DNA from: Chiloscyllium plagiosum
Taxonomy: Eukaryota
DNA length: 20,000 bases
Assembly (NCBI RefSeq): GCF_004010195.1
Contig: NC_057752.1
Coordinates: 8,196,304-8,216,303, forward strand
Direction of reading: 5' to 3'
Shown here: one piece after another, positions 10,283 through 20,000 of the stretch
How the letters are laid out: the number at the start of each line of letters is the position of its first letter
How positions within the stretch are numbered: the first letter of the stretch is position 1
The notes under the pieces: model-generated
What the model saw: the letters and a program-made list of their open reading frames with translations, nothing else
Told to the model about the DNA's origin: nothing
Database searches by the model: none
Position numbers and translations under genes: made by a program

Positions 10283-10647
10283 NNNNNNNNNNNNNNNNNN
10301 NNNNNNNNNNNNNNNNNNNNNNNNNNNNNNNNNNNNNNNNNNNNNNNNNNNNNNNNNNNNNNNNNNNNNNNNNNNNNNNNNNNNNNNNNNNNNNNNNNNN
10401 NNNNNNNNNNNNNNNNNNNNNNNNNNNNNNNNNNNNNNNNNNNNNNNNNNNNNNNNNNNNNNNNNNNNNNNNNNNNNNNNNNNNNNNNNNNNNNNNNNNN
10501 NNNNNNNNNNNNNNNNNNNNNNNNNNNNNNNNNNNNNNNNNNNNNNNNNNNNNNNNNNNNNNNNNNNNNNNNNNNNNNNNNNNNNNNNNNNNNNNNNNNN
10601 NNNNNNNNNNNNNNNNNNNNNNNNNNNNNNNNNNNNNNNNNNNNNNN
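10283..10647. other. Assembly gap (365 N)
   Basis: Run of N. Confidence 1.
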
Positions 10648-10654
10648 AACAGGA

Positions 10655-10692
10655 GAATCGACGTTTCGGGCATTAGCCCTTCTTCAGGAATG
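10655..10692 (-). ncRNA. Minimal hammerhead ribozyme-like motif (mirror copy)
   Basis: Minus strand CTGAAGA-A-GGGC-TAAT-GCCC-GAAA-C-GTC. Confidence 0.65.
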
Positions 10693-10902
10693 AGGAAAGT
10701 TGGTCCAGCAGGCTAAGATAAAAGATAGGGAGGAGGGACTTGGGGGAGGGGCGTCGGAAATGTGTTAGGTGGAAAGACGCCCCCACCCCAGTCTGACCTA
10801 TCACCCTCACCTTGACCTCTTTCCACCTATCACATTTCCGACGCCCCTCCCCCAAGTCCCTCCTCCCTATCTTTTATCTTAGCCTGCTGGACCAACTTTC
10901 CT

Positions 10903-10940
10903 CATTCCTGAAGAAGGGCTAATGCCCGAAACGTCGATTC
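10903..10940 (+). ncRNA. Minimal hammerhead ribozyme-like motif
   Basis: CTGAAGA (10908-10914), A, stem II GGGC-TAAT-GCCC, GAAA (10928-10931), C, GTC. The palindromic ACGT would allow stem III only in a dimer; stem I is weak. Confidence 0.65.
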
Positions 10941-11011
10941 TCCTGTTCCCTAGATGCTGCCTGACCTGCTGCGCTTTTCCAGCAACACATTTCCATCTCA
11001 TCTTTAGGTAC

Positions 11012-11375
11012 ACCTGGTGCTGCTCCTGGCATGCTCTCCTGCACTTTCCATTGAACCAGTGTTGATCCCCATGCTTGATGGTAATAGTTAAGTGGGGGAT
11101 ATACCAGGCCATGAGGTTACAGCTTGTGCTGGAATACAATACTGCTGCTGCTGATGGCCCACAGCACCTCATGGATGCCCAGTCTTGAGTTGCTAGATCT
11201 GTTTGAAGTCTGTCCCATTTAGCACAGCGATAGTGCCACACAGCATGATGGAGGTTATTCTCAATGTGAAGGTGGGACTTTGTCTCCATAAGGGCTGTGC
11301 GGTGGTCGCTCTTACCGATATGGTCATAGACAGATGCATCTGCAGCCTGGCAGAATAGTAAGGATGAGGTCAAGT
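11012..11375 (-). mobile_element. LINE fragment (CR1/L2 group, distinct family): end of APE domain plus linker; continues at ~10015-10055 across the PLE
   Basis: IGKSDHRT (APE SDH motif), WHYRCAKWDRL, DQHWFNGKCRRAC (PWF-like), QVYLKMR|CKTGEA once the PLE is removed. Confidence 0.75.
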
Positions 11376-11555
11376 ATGAGAGAAAGCTCACTAGAAATAT
11401 AAATAATAGATAGTAAGAGTTTCTTCAAGTATTTGAAAAGGAAAAGAGTAACTAAAATGATCACTAGAAATTATCCCTTAGAAGACAAGACTTGGCAATT
11501 GATAATGGGAAGCAAGAAAATGGTGGAAGCATTGATGGGCATTTTGTTTATCTGT
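11376..11555 (+). mobile_element. CR1 ORF2 linker fragment
   Basis: YERKLTRNI..DSKSFFKYLKRKRVTK..PLEDKTWQLIMGSKKMVEAL. Confidence 0.7.
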
Positions 11556-12745
11556 AGTAGACATTTTAAAAAAAATCTGTGTTTATTGTCAACACTACCA
11601 CCAAATGCAGCAATGAGTAGCCATGTCACTACCCATTGCTGGAGTGGCAGCAGCACTTGCCTGTCACAAATATGGCACTGCTGATTTAATCAAACTGTGA
11701 TTATATACACATTTCTGAGAGACTTTGGCTATTCAAGGCCAAAATTCCTTCTGACCAGTGAGAATCTTCTCCACCTCATATGCATCAGTGTAAGGTGCTA
11801 GGAAGGAGCATGAAAAGTGGCAGAGGCAGCATGTGGGATTAGTTCTCAGCAGATGCTGCCAAACTTAGAGTCAGAGAGTCAAAGTCATACAGCGTGGAAA
11901 CAGAACCCTTCAGTCCAATTCGTCCATGCCAACCAAGTTTCCGAAACTAAACGAGTCCCATTTGCCAGAATTCCCATTTGCCAGAATTCCCACTTTGGAA
12001 TAACATCTGAACAGTTCCTATTCATGTACCTGTCCAAATGTATTTTAAATGCTGTAACTGCACCTGCATCTACCTCTGGCAGTTCATTCCATATACAAAC
12101 TAACCTCTGTGAAAAAGTTGCCCCTCAGGTCCCTTTTAAATCTTTCATCTCTCACCTTAAAAATAATCCCCCTAGTTTTGAACTCCCCTACCCTAGGGAA
12201 AAGACCTTTGCTATTCACCTTATCCATACCCCTCATGATTTTATAATAAATCCTCAATAAGGTCACCCCTCAACCTCCAACCCTCCAATCCAAAAAGTCC
12301 CAGCCTATGCTTAGAACTCAAATCATCCGGTCCTGGTGACATCCTTATGAATCTTTTCTGAACCCTCTCCAATTTAATATCCTTCCTGAAGCAGAGCAAC
12401 CAGAACTGCACACAGTGCTCCAAATGTGGCCTCACCAACATCCTGTACAACCGCAATATGACGGCCCAACTCTTCTGCTCAATGATCTGAACAATGAAGG
12501 CCTGTTTGCTTTACTACCATCTACCTGTGACGTACATTTCAAAGAACTGTGTATCTGAACCCTAGGCCTCTCTGTTCGCCAACACTCACCAGAACCATAC
12601 CATTAATTGTATAAGTCTTGCCCTTGTTCATCTTACCAAAATGCAATACCTCACATTGATCCAAATTGAACTCCATCTGCCACTGCTTGGCCCATTGGAC
12701 CAATTGATCTAGATCCCTTTGAAATCTTAGATAATTCTCTTCACT

Positions 12746-14441
12746 CCCACAGCTACCTGGTATGGACAGCCAGTCCCTGTATACATTGACCTACCATGAC
12801 AAAGGCCTCCAAGCCCTCAGTTTCTTTCTCTCCCGCCGACTCAACCAGTACCCTTTCACTCGGTTGATTGGCTGAACTAGTCCTCACCCTCAAAAGTTAC
12901 TCCTTTGAATCCTCCCACTTCCTCCAGATTAAAAGGGTAGCTATGGGCACCCGCATGGGCCCCAGCTATGCCTATCTCTTCGTCTGGTATGTGGAACAGT
13001 CCATCTTCCACAGCTACACCGGCATGATTTCCCACCTTTTCCTCCGCTACAGCGATGATCGTATTGGCGCTACCGCGTGCTCCCATGGGGAGGATGAACA
13101 GTTCATCAATTTCACTAACACCTTCCACCCTGACCTCAGGTTCACCTGGACCATCTGTGACATCTCCCTCCCCTTCCTAGATCTCTCCATTTCTGGCAAC
13201 CGACTCAACACGAACATCTACTTCAAACCTACCGACTCCCACAGTTACCTGGACTACACCACCTCTCACCCTGCTTCCTGTAGAAACACTATCCCTTACT
13301 CCCAACTCCTCCGCCTCTGCTATATCTGCTCCCAGGAGGAACAATTTCACCATAGAACATCCCAGATGGCCTCCTTCTTCAAGGACCACAATTTCTCCTC
13401 CCATGTGGTCGACAATGCCCTCAGCACATCTCCTCCACTTCCAGCACCTCCGTCCTTGAACCCCACCCCTCCAATCACAACACGTACAGACCACCCCCAG
13501 TCCTCACCTTCCGCCCTGCCAACCTCTGGATACATTGCATCATCCTCTGCCATTTCCGCCACCCACAAACAGACCCTACCACCAGGGATATATTTCTCTC
13601 CCCACCCCTATCTGCGTTCTGTAGAGACCATTCCCTCCGCAACTCCCTTGTTAGGTCTCCGCCACCCCCCCCCACCAACCCACCCTCCACTCCCTGCACC
13701 TCCCCTTGCCACCACAAGAAGTGCTAACCTGCGCCCACACCAAGGCCCCAAAGGATCCTTCCACATCCGACAGAGATTTACCTGTACTTCCACACATGTC
13801 ATCTCCCAATGTGATCTCCTCTACATTGAGGAAACAGGACGCCAACTTGCAGAATGTTTCAGAGAACATCTTTGGGACACACGCACTAAGCAACCCCACC
13901 GCCCTGTGGCCAAACATTTGAACTCCCCCTCCCACTCCACCAAGGACATGCAAGTCCTGGGCCTCCTCCATTGCCAAACTCTAGCCACCTGATGCCTGGA
14001 GGAAGAACACCTCATCTTCCACCTTGGGACCCTCCAATCACACGGGATCAATGTCGATTTCACCAGTTTTGTCATTTCCCCTCCCCCCCCCCCCCATCCT
14101 ATCTCAGATCCAACCTTCCAACTTGGCACTGCCCTCTTGAACTGTCCTACCTGTCCATCTTCCTTCCCACCTATCTGCTCCACCCACCTCTCCAACCTAT
14201 CACCATCACTCCCCACCTTCATCTACCTATTGCATTCCCAAAAACCTTTTCCCAGCCTTCCCCCCTCCCCAACACCATTTATCTCTCAGCCTCCTCAGGC
14301 CACCCCCTCATTCCTGATGAAGAGCTTTATCCCGAAATGTCGACTTTCCTGCTCCTCAGTTGCTACTTGACGTGTTGTGCTTTTCCAGCACCACACTTTT
14401 TGACTCTGATCTCCAGCATCTGCAGTCCTCACTTTCTCCTG
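12746..14441 (+). mobile_element. Penelope-like element (Neptune-type): RT, Cys-rich linker, GIY-YIG, pseudo-LTR and tail; degenerate
   Basis: MDSQSLYT, VAMGTRMGPSYAYLF, RYSDD (13048-13059), LPFLDL, YFKPTDSHSYL, off-frame PCHHKKC..CAHT linker, LLYIEETGRQLAECFREH. TSD TCTTCACT at 12738-12745 and 14446-14453. Confidence 0.92.
14309..14346 (+). ncRNA. Hammerhead ribozyme-like motif (degenerate)
   Basis: CTGATGA-AGAGCTTTATCCC-GAAA-T-GTC. Stem II disrupted. Confidence 0.45.
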
Positions 14442-14714
14442 ATCTTCTTCACTGTTCGACTACACCACCAATTCTGGTGTCATCCATAAACTTACTAACC
14501 AAGTTCTCATCCAGATCTTTTATATAAGTAACAAACAACAGTTGGCCCAGTACCAATCCCTGCTGAACATCACTGGTCACAGGCCTCCAATCTGAAAAAC
14601 AACCCTCCACCACCACCCTCTGTCTCCTACCATCAAGCCAATTCTGTATCCAATTGGCAAGCTTTTCCTGAATCCCGTGTGATCTAACTTTAGTAACTAA
14701 CTTACCATGCAGAG

Positions 14715-14762
14715 CCTGTTTTTGTTTCAGATTTCCAGCATCCTCAGTTCTTTGTCTATTTT
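14715..14762 (+). repeat. Short PLE tail-like fragment
   Basis: GATTTCCAGCATCCTCAGTTCT resembles the tail GATCTCCAGCATCTGCAGTCCT at ~14408-14429. Confidence 0.45.
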
Positions 14763-15576
14763 ATGTAGGATTAGTTGTGCTTTTAAAACCCAGTTATTGT
14801 AATATAAAGGTCTGCACAAGCATGGATGTCATTGCACACTGAACATGGTGACATCAACAGCACATGCACAGACAAATCCGAAAACTTGTAGCAATCGGGT
14901 GACATCATCAACCTCACGTGTCCATTTTGGCATTCTGAGTAATTATGTGAAGAATACTTGTAATTCAGGATCAAAGTGAGCAACTTAAAAGAATCACAAT
15001 CACTACAGAACATGTACTGGGAAAACTATTAGATGTAAAGGTTGACAAGACCTCTGGATTTGATGGTCTGCATCCTGGATCTAAAAATAAATGGTAGTAC
15101 ATTTGGTAAGTGCGTTGTTTGTGGCCTTCCTAAATTTCCTAGGTTCTGGGAATTGAAAAATAGTTCATGTCACACCACTGTTCAAGAAAGGAAGCAAAAA
15201 GCAGGAAACTATGGGCGAGTTAGCCTAACCTCTGTTGTAGGGAAAATGCTAGAATTCATTATTACGCGGGGGGGGGGGTAGAAACAGAACATTTGGAAAA
15301 TTATAATACAACAGAGTCAACATGCTTTTGTGTAAGGGAAATTATGTTTGAATAATTTATTAGAAATATTAGGGGAAGTAACAAGCAAGGTGGATAAAGG
15401 GGAACTTCTAGATTCTACTTCCAGAAGGCATTTGATAATGTGACACATCAAAGGTTACAACACAAAACACAGCACATGGTATAGAGAGTAACACATTAGC
15501 ACGGATGGAAAATTAGCTCACTAACAGTATCATCTTAAGGTTAGCATGTTGTTACTAGTAGTGTGCTACAGTGCTC

Positions 15577-15958
15577 ATAGAAAAGTTACAGCATGGAAAG
15601 AGATATTCGGCCCCTTGTGTCAGAGGAAGTGGTAAAGGAGAGTACAATTACAGCATTTAAAGTCATCTGGACAGGTGCATGGAGAGACAAGGTTTAGAGG
15701 GATACAGGCCAAGCTCAGGAAAATGGGGTTAGTTTAGTTTGGGAAACATGGTTAGCATGGACGAGTTAGACCAAAGGGTCTGTTTCCATGTTGTATGACT
15801 CTGTGTTTGCACCATCTGAATAAACTAGCCACACATTCTAATCTCAGTTACTGGCACTTGGTCTGTAGCCTTGCAGGTCACAGCATTTCAGCTGCAGATC
15901 CAGGTTCCTTTGAATTTGCAGAGGGTTTCTGCCCCAACCACCAAACTGGGCAGTGAAA
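15577..15958 (-). mobile_element. Antisense CR1 3' UTR fragment, itself interrupted by a sense CR1 3' end (15621-15801)
   Basis: CATAGAAAAGTTACAGCATGGAAAGAGATATTCGGCCC is an antisense CR1 terminus. The inner piece ends GGGTCTGTTTCCATGTTGTATGACTC and is flanked by TGTGT at 15616-15620 and 15802-15806. Confidence 0.65.
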
Positions 15959-16381
15959 GCAATGAATCAGTGGTAGGGTCTGAACCATTTACTATCTATA
16001 TCAATAACTTAGACGGACTTCAATGATTTGAAAGGACTGAATATATGGTAACTAAGTTTACTGATGACAGAAATATAGGAGGAAACTAAGTTGTCAAGAG
16101 GGCATACAGTCTACAAAGGAATTCAGATAGGCTAAATGAGGGGGCAAAAAATTGGCAGATTAAGTATAATGTGGGAAAATGTGAACATGTCCGTTTTGGC
16201 AGAAAATGTATGATTTGAATGGCGACTGCAGTACTCTGCAGAGGTATCTGGGTTTCTTGGTACATAAACAATAAAAAGTTGGTATACCATATGCAGCAAG
16301 TGATTAGGAAGACAAATATAATGTTGGTGTTTATTGCAGAGGAAATTCAGTAGAAAAGGAAGTGTTCAGGGCACAGCTGTA

Positions 16382-16534
16382 CAGGAGAAAGTGAGGACTG
16401 CAGATGCTGGAGATCAGAGCTTAAAAATATGTTGCTGGAAAAGCGCAGCAGGTCAGGCAGCATCAAAGGAACAGGAGAATCGATGTTTCGGGCTTATGCC
16501 CTGCTGCGCTTTTCCTGCAACAAATTTTTAAGCT
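16382..16534 (-). mobile_element. 153-bp foldback mini Penelope-derived element
   Basis: PLE tail and pseudo-LTR end (reverse complement of the 14330-14441 type) plus a 35-bp inverted copy. TSD ACAGCTGTA at 16373-16381 and 16535-16543. Confidence 0.88.
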
Positions 16535-17084
16535 ACAGCTGTATAGGGCCTTAGTTAGACAGTTCTTCATATGTGGTCTATGTTTGGTCTTGTTACTTAA
16601 AGGATATAATTGCATTCAAAGCAATTGATTCTAGAGATGAAGGTGATATCTTATGAGGAGTGACTGAGCCAATTCCTTGGAGTTTTAGAAGTTTGAGAGG
16701 TGATCCTGTTGAAATAAAAAAAACCTGAGGGGACTTGACAGGGTGGATGCTGAGATGTTTTCCCTTGTGGATGTTGGGGTGTGGAGAATTAAGGGAGGAA
16801 ATGTTTAAAAATTAGGGGTCTGCCATTTCAGACCAGATTATGAGAATTTTGTTCTCTCAGAATTGTTAGTCTGTGGAATCCTCCTCCCCAGAATGTAGTG
16901 GAGGCTGAGTCAATGAATATATTGAAGGCCGAGTTAGGTAGATTTTTGATCAACAAGGTCGTCAAAAGTTATGGGGGCAGACAGGAAAGCAGAGTTGGAG
17001 CTACAATTAGATCAGCCATAGTCTTATTGAATGATAGATAAAGCTCAAGGGGCTTGGCAGCTGCCTACACCTCTTCATTCTTAC

Positions 17085-17157
17085 AACCCTGCCAGAGGCT
17101 TTAACCCATGATCTTCCAACGCGGAGGCCAGAGTGCTAACCACTGAAGACATTGACT
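17085..17157 (-). mobile_element. Degenerate tRNA-derived SINE head
   Basis: Minus strand TCAGTGGTTAGCACTCT (A-box-like) ... ATGGGTTAAAGCC (B-box-like). Confidence 0.45.
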
Positions 17158-18639
17158 TCTCGAAAATAAAAAAAAATTTCATCCATGTTATGCTATTGGC
17201 TAAGATTAATTACCAATCTATATGTAAGCCTTAGTGAACCTAAGTTCTGTGCCTTCACTCACGTGAAATTCATTTATTGCAAGTTGTCTGTTGTCATTAG
17301 GTCATTAGATATGCTTTTCCAAAGCATATCAGCTTTGAATATTCACATGTTCTTTCTCACCTTTTTTGTGTTGACACCGAGACTCCTTGCACTATTGTTC
17401 GACAGCCCCTAATATAAGCACTTCTGACTGCAATGTAGAACCTTTGCCCTTTCCCTCCACAGTCAATCAGACTAATTCCAAAATCCTTGCATTTTTGATA
17501 CTGTTGTTTGTCAGTTTAACTTAATTTCCATCTGCTGACCTGCATGTGATGTTAATATTACACCTGTTTTCTTAAACTATATGATTCAGACTTCTGCAAC
17601 TATTTTGTTATATCCAACCCCAAAGTCAGCTCTCATGGTCAGGTTTACACTTCCTGTAAACTAAAGCGAGATTGCACAAAGTAATCTGGGAGAGCAGTTT
17701 CTTGACAAACAATAAGTCTGTTTATTATTTTTAGACTACACATTAGGATTTGCAGTAGATTCAATTTTCAGAAGATGATAATGATTAATAACATTCACTC
17801 CAGACACTTTAATAATAGACTAAATTACTAAGTTTATTTACTGAGTCATTCACAGAGATAAACAGTAACAACCAGTTGCGAAGTCACACCACGTAACATA
17901 AAAACCATTGAGCTAGTAGGAAAAGGTTAAACAGGCAAGCCAGTTCCTTTGAATAGTTTTCTTTACAGATTTTTCAAGGAGAGGCACTTGTTTTCAAAAA
18001 CAAATAGCAAGCTACATAAATACACAAATGCATGCCAAAATTTACCTGTGATATCTGTGCTAAAATCAAATTATGCCATGGTTTAGTAGTGACACAATTG
18101 TGACTAACATTATATTTAGAATTTGCGTATGCTTAGTAATCAGTTTTCCAAACTTACTGGGCTGCTAGCTCCTGATGTATTGCATGCAGAACAAAAAATA
18201 ATAGGCCAATTTTTCATCGTAAGCTAAGTCATTTGAGCATGATGATGTTCTTAAAAGAACCTGAATTTAAGCTTAGAAATGCAGTTGAGAACTACAAACA
18301 AGGCCTTTGCCTATTTCAGCTTATTTCAGTTTGATAGGTTAGAAAAGACTGAAATCAGTCTTAATTTAAATATGCAAAAGTAAAAATAGACTGAACATTA
18401 GGGGGTGATCCTTCAGCAAGAGAGTAACAAGCCTCTGGATTCACTACTGACTTGTTAAGTGTGTGCTCAGTGTCCAGGTGCCTTCAAAAAGGAGCAAAAT
18501 CAGTTCTTCATTGGGATAGAGAACACATCACAGAAAGGTAATTGGTTAACTTGCACCACACATATAGAAGCCAGTGATCTCCAGAACTGATTGCAATCAC
18601 CCAAAGGATTGCAATTTTCCAGAACTGGATGGTTGTTTC

Positions 18640-18727
18640 TGTCATCAAAATGCTCCAGGCGATGAGTTTGGGGCACGCTTGATCAACCAATTGGTCTTTT
18701 CCTGCTGCAATTTTTGTATGTTCATGT
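18640..18727 (+). repeat. Possible ancient CR1/L2-type LINE or SINE 3' tail
   Basis: GGGCACGCTTGATCAACCAATTGGTCTTTTCCTG...TGTATGTTCATGT resembles CR1-type terminal stem-loop plus short tandem tail. Confidence 0.35.
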
Positions 18728-19046
18728 ACTAACAAAGAAAACAATTTACACTGTTCTCTCTGTTTAGTGATCAGCTGCAGTGTGATAACTTTTTAGTGAC
18801 ATTATAGGGAGCAAACTGAAAAGCAAGAATACAAAGGTTGTTCTATACGCCAATTTACATGGAGCAAGTTCCCACAAACAATAATAGCTGGTAAGAGGAG
18901 CCTAATGAGGGGTGGAAAAAATTGAAAACTGAGGATCAGTAATGCAATTAAAGTGGATCAGCAATCAAACAGATTTTTTTTAAAAATGCTGTTGGCACTG
19001 AGTTTGTAAATAGGAAGCTGTATGAAGCAAAAAGGCACAAAAGAGT

Positions 19047-20000
19047 GTGACTGTAAGTGAGGCAGGTAGGGGGAACCGGAGTTCAGGAGTGGAGGAGCCT
19101 CAGCCCTTGACCTTGTCCAACAGGTACGAGATTCTTGCTCCCTATACGGATGAGGAAAAGGGCTCTGGACAGGATGAGCCAGCTGACCACGGCACAATGG
19201 TGCAGAAGGCCATTCAAGAGGGGGGAGCTAATAGACAAGTAGTGGTTATAAGGGATTCTATAATTAGGGGGACAGATAGTATCCTTTGCAAGCCGGATCG
19301 GGAGTCTCGCATGGTGTGTTGCCTGCACGGTGCCAGGGTGTGGGACATCTCTGACCGGCTTGAAAGGATATTGGAGCGGGAGGGGGAGGATCCAGTTGTT
19401 GTGGTCCACGGTGGGACTAACAACATAGGGTGGAGGACCTGTTTGGAGATTAACAGCACTAGGAAGGAAATTGAAGTACAGGTCCTCAAGGGTCATAATC
19501 TCCGGATTACTGCCCGAGCCACGTGCCAATTGGCATAGGGACAAGAAAATTAGGCAAGTAAACACGTGGCTAAGGGATTGGTGTGGGAAAGAGGGATTCC
19601 ACTTCATGAGGCATTGGCATCAGTTTTGGAACAGGGGGGATCTGTACCATTGGGACGGTCTCCACCTGAACCGATCAGGTACCAATGTTCTAGCGAAGAG
19701 GATAAATAGGATGGTCAGTAGGACTTTAAACTTCTGAGTTGGGGGAAGGGAAAGTGAAAGCGACAGGGAGTATGGAAGTAAATGGCAAGATAAGCAGCAG
19801 GATAGCATGTTTCCAGGCGGATTTAAAATTGAGGCAGACTGAGAATACAGTAAAAAGCAAGGATAACTTAGGACATATGACTTCCAAAATCTCTAATGAT
19901 AAGGAAGTTAGCATTAAGGCACTTTACCTGAATGCTCGTAGCATACATAACAAAGCCGATGAACTAATGGCACAGATAATAGTGAATAATTATGATGTAG
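19047..20000 (+). mobile_element. CR1 LINE 5' part: partial ORF1 (SGNH esterase) and start of ORF2
   Basis: PLTLSNRYEILA, VVIRDSIIRGTD, VVHGGTNNIG, IISGLLP, WDGLHLN (ORF1 stop at 19737, frameshift ~19430-19470). ORF2 frame open from 19772 to the window end. Confidence 0.9.
19772..20000 (+). CDS. CR1 ORF2 N-terminus (APE endonuclease), truncated by the window edge
   Basis: Open frame ending in IKALYLNARSIHNKADELMAQIIVNNYDV, the typical first APE motif. True start codon uncertain (ATG at 19772 or 19877). Confidence 0.7.
   Translation, partial: MEVNGKISSRIACFQADLKLRQTENTVKSKDNLGHMTSKISNDKEVSIKALYLNARSIHNKADELMAQIIVNNYDV

Larger units (their letters stand above)
10648..10947. repeat. 130-bp inverted repeat with a 40-bp spacer
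   Basis: 10648-10777 is the reverse complement of 10818-10947 with one mismatch by manual comparison. The left arm is cut by the gap. Confidence 0.95.
10056..10996 (+). mobile_element. Young Penelope-like element (Neptune-type), 5'-truncated, with an inverted plus a direct pseudo-LTR; spans a gap
   Basis: YYKPTDSHSYLDYTSSHPAPCKNAIPFSQFLRLRRICS, CpG-rich. Perfect 15-bp TSD CTCATCTTTAGGTAC at 10041-10055 and 10997-11011. Confidence 0.88.
11866..14712 (-). mobile_element. CR1 LINE RT and 3' end (11866-12745 and 14443-14712), split by a Penelope insertion
   Basis: LHGKLVTKVRSHGIQ..WIQNWLDGRRQRVVV..VQQGLVLG..SKFMDDTRIGG | LYRMLVRPHLEHCVQFW, LRGDLIE, RDLRGNFFT, then a 3' UTR with a GACTCT-type tail. 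Confidence 0.88.
15010..17082 (+). mobile_element. Old CR1 LINE ORF2 (RT to 3' UTR) with nested insertions at ~15577-15958 and 16382-16534
   Basis: KVDKTSGFDGLHP, KAGNYGRVSLTSVVGKMLE, FQKAFDNV, FTIYINNLD, KFTDDRNIG, LRGDPVE, then a 3' UTR. Confidence 0.85.

Noticed and set aside
12868..13992. 374-aa ORF as an intact or domesticated RT-endonuclease gene
   Set aside because: The catalytic motif is YSDD, the Pro-rich middle is out of frame through compensating frameshifts, the first GIY motif is deleted and the 5' end is truncated.
17085..17157. tRNA gene
   Set aside because: Only degenerate A and B boxes with no cloverleaf; better explained as a SINE head.
17643..17661. GTTTAC-ACTTCCT-GTAAAC: inverted forkhead-like sites around an ETS core
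   Set aside because: Short motifs with no supporting conservation data; not distinguishable from chance.
17957..18086. Plus-strand acceptor TTTTCTTTACAG followed by a short open frame
   Set aside because: No good donor site, no recognisable peptide, and expected by chance in AT-rich DNA.
18508..18744. 78-aa minus-strand ORF
   Set aside because: Non-ATG start, no recognisable homology, and it overlaps a probable repeat tail.

Overview
This is eukaryotic DNA made almost entirely of repeats. The HE1-type V-SINE, CR1 LINEs and two Penelope families point to a cartilaginous fish, probably a shark (inference). I found no intact host protein-coding gene. 1-5314 is the 3' half of a decayed Ty3/gypsy LTR retrotransposon with the atypical Gmr1-type order IN-RT-RNase H, followed by a PPT and a 3' LTR. 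It is interrupted by a Penelope 3' fragment, an HE1 SINE and a Poseidon-like Penelope with inverted pseudo-LTRs. The rest is a mosaic of CR1 LINE fragments (two include ORF1 with an SGNH esterase) and further Penelope-like elements (PLEs). Several PLEs are bounded by readable target-site duplications, fold back on themselves and carry minimal hammerhead-ribozyme cores. There are two assembly gaps (7303-7817 and 10283-10647). Apparently unique islands lie at about 6010-6475, 11560-11860, 14765-15005 and 17160-18630. The most notable signals are the Gmr1 domain order, a near-perfect 130-bp palindrome with a hammerhead motif in each arm, and a 153-bp foldback mini-PLE whose inversion point lies in the hammerhead stem II. 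All families were assigned by reading motifs by eye; no database was searched.
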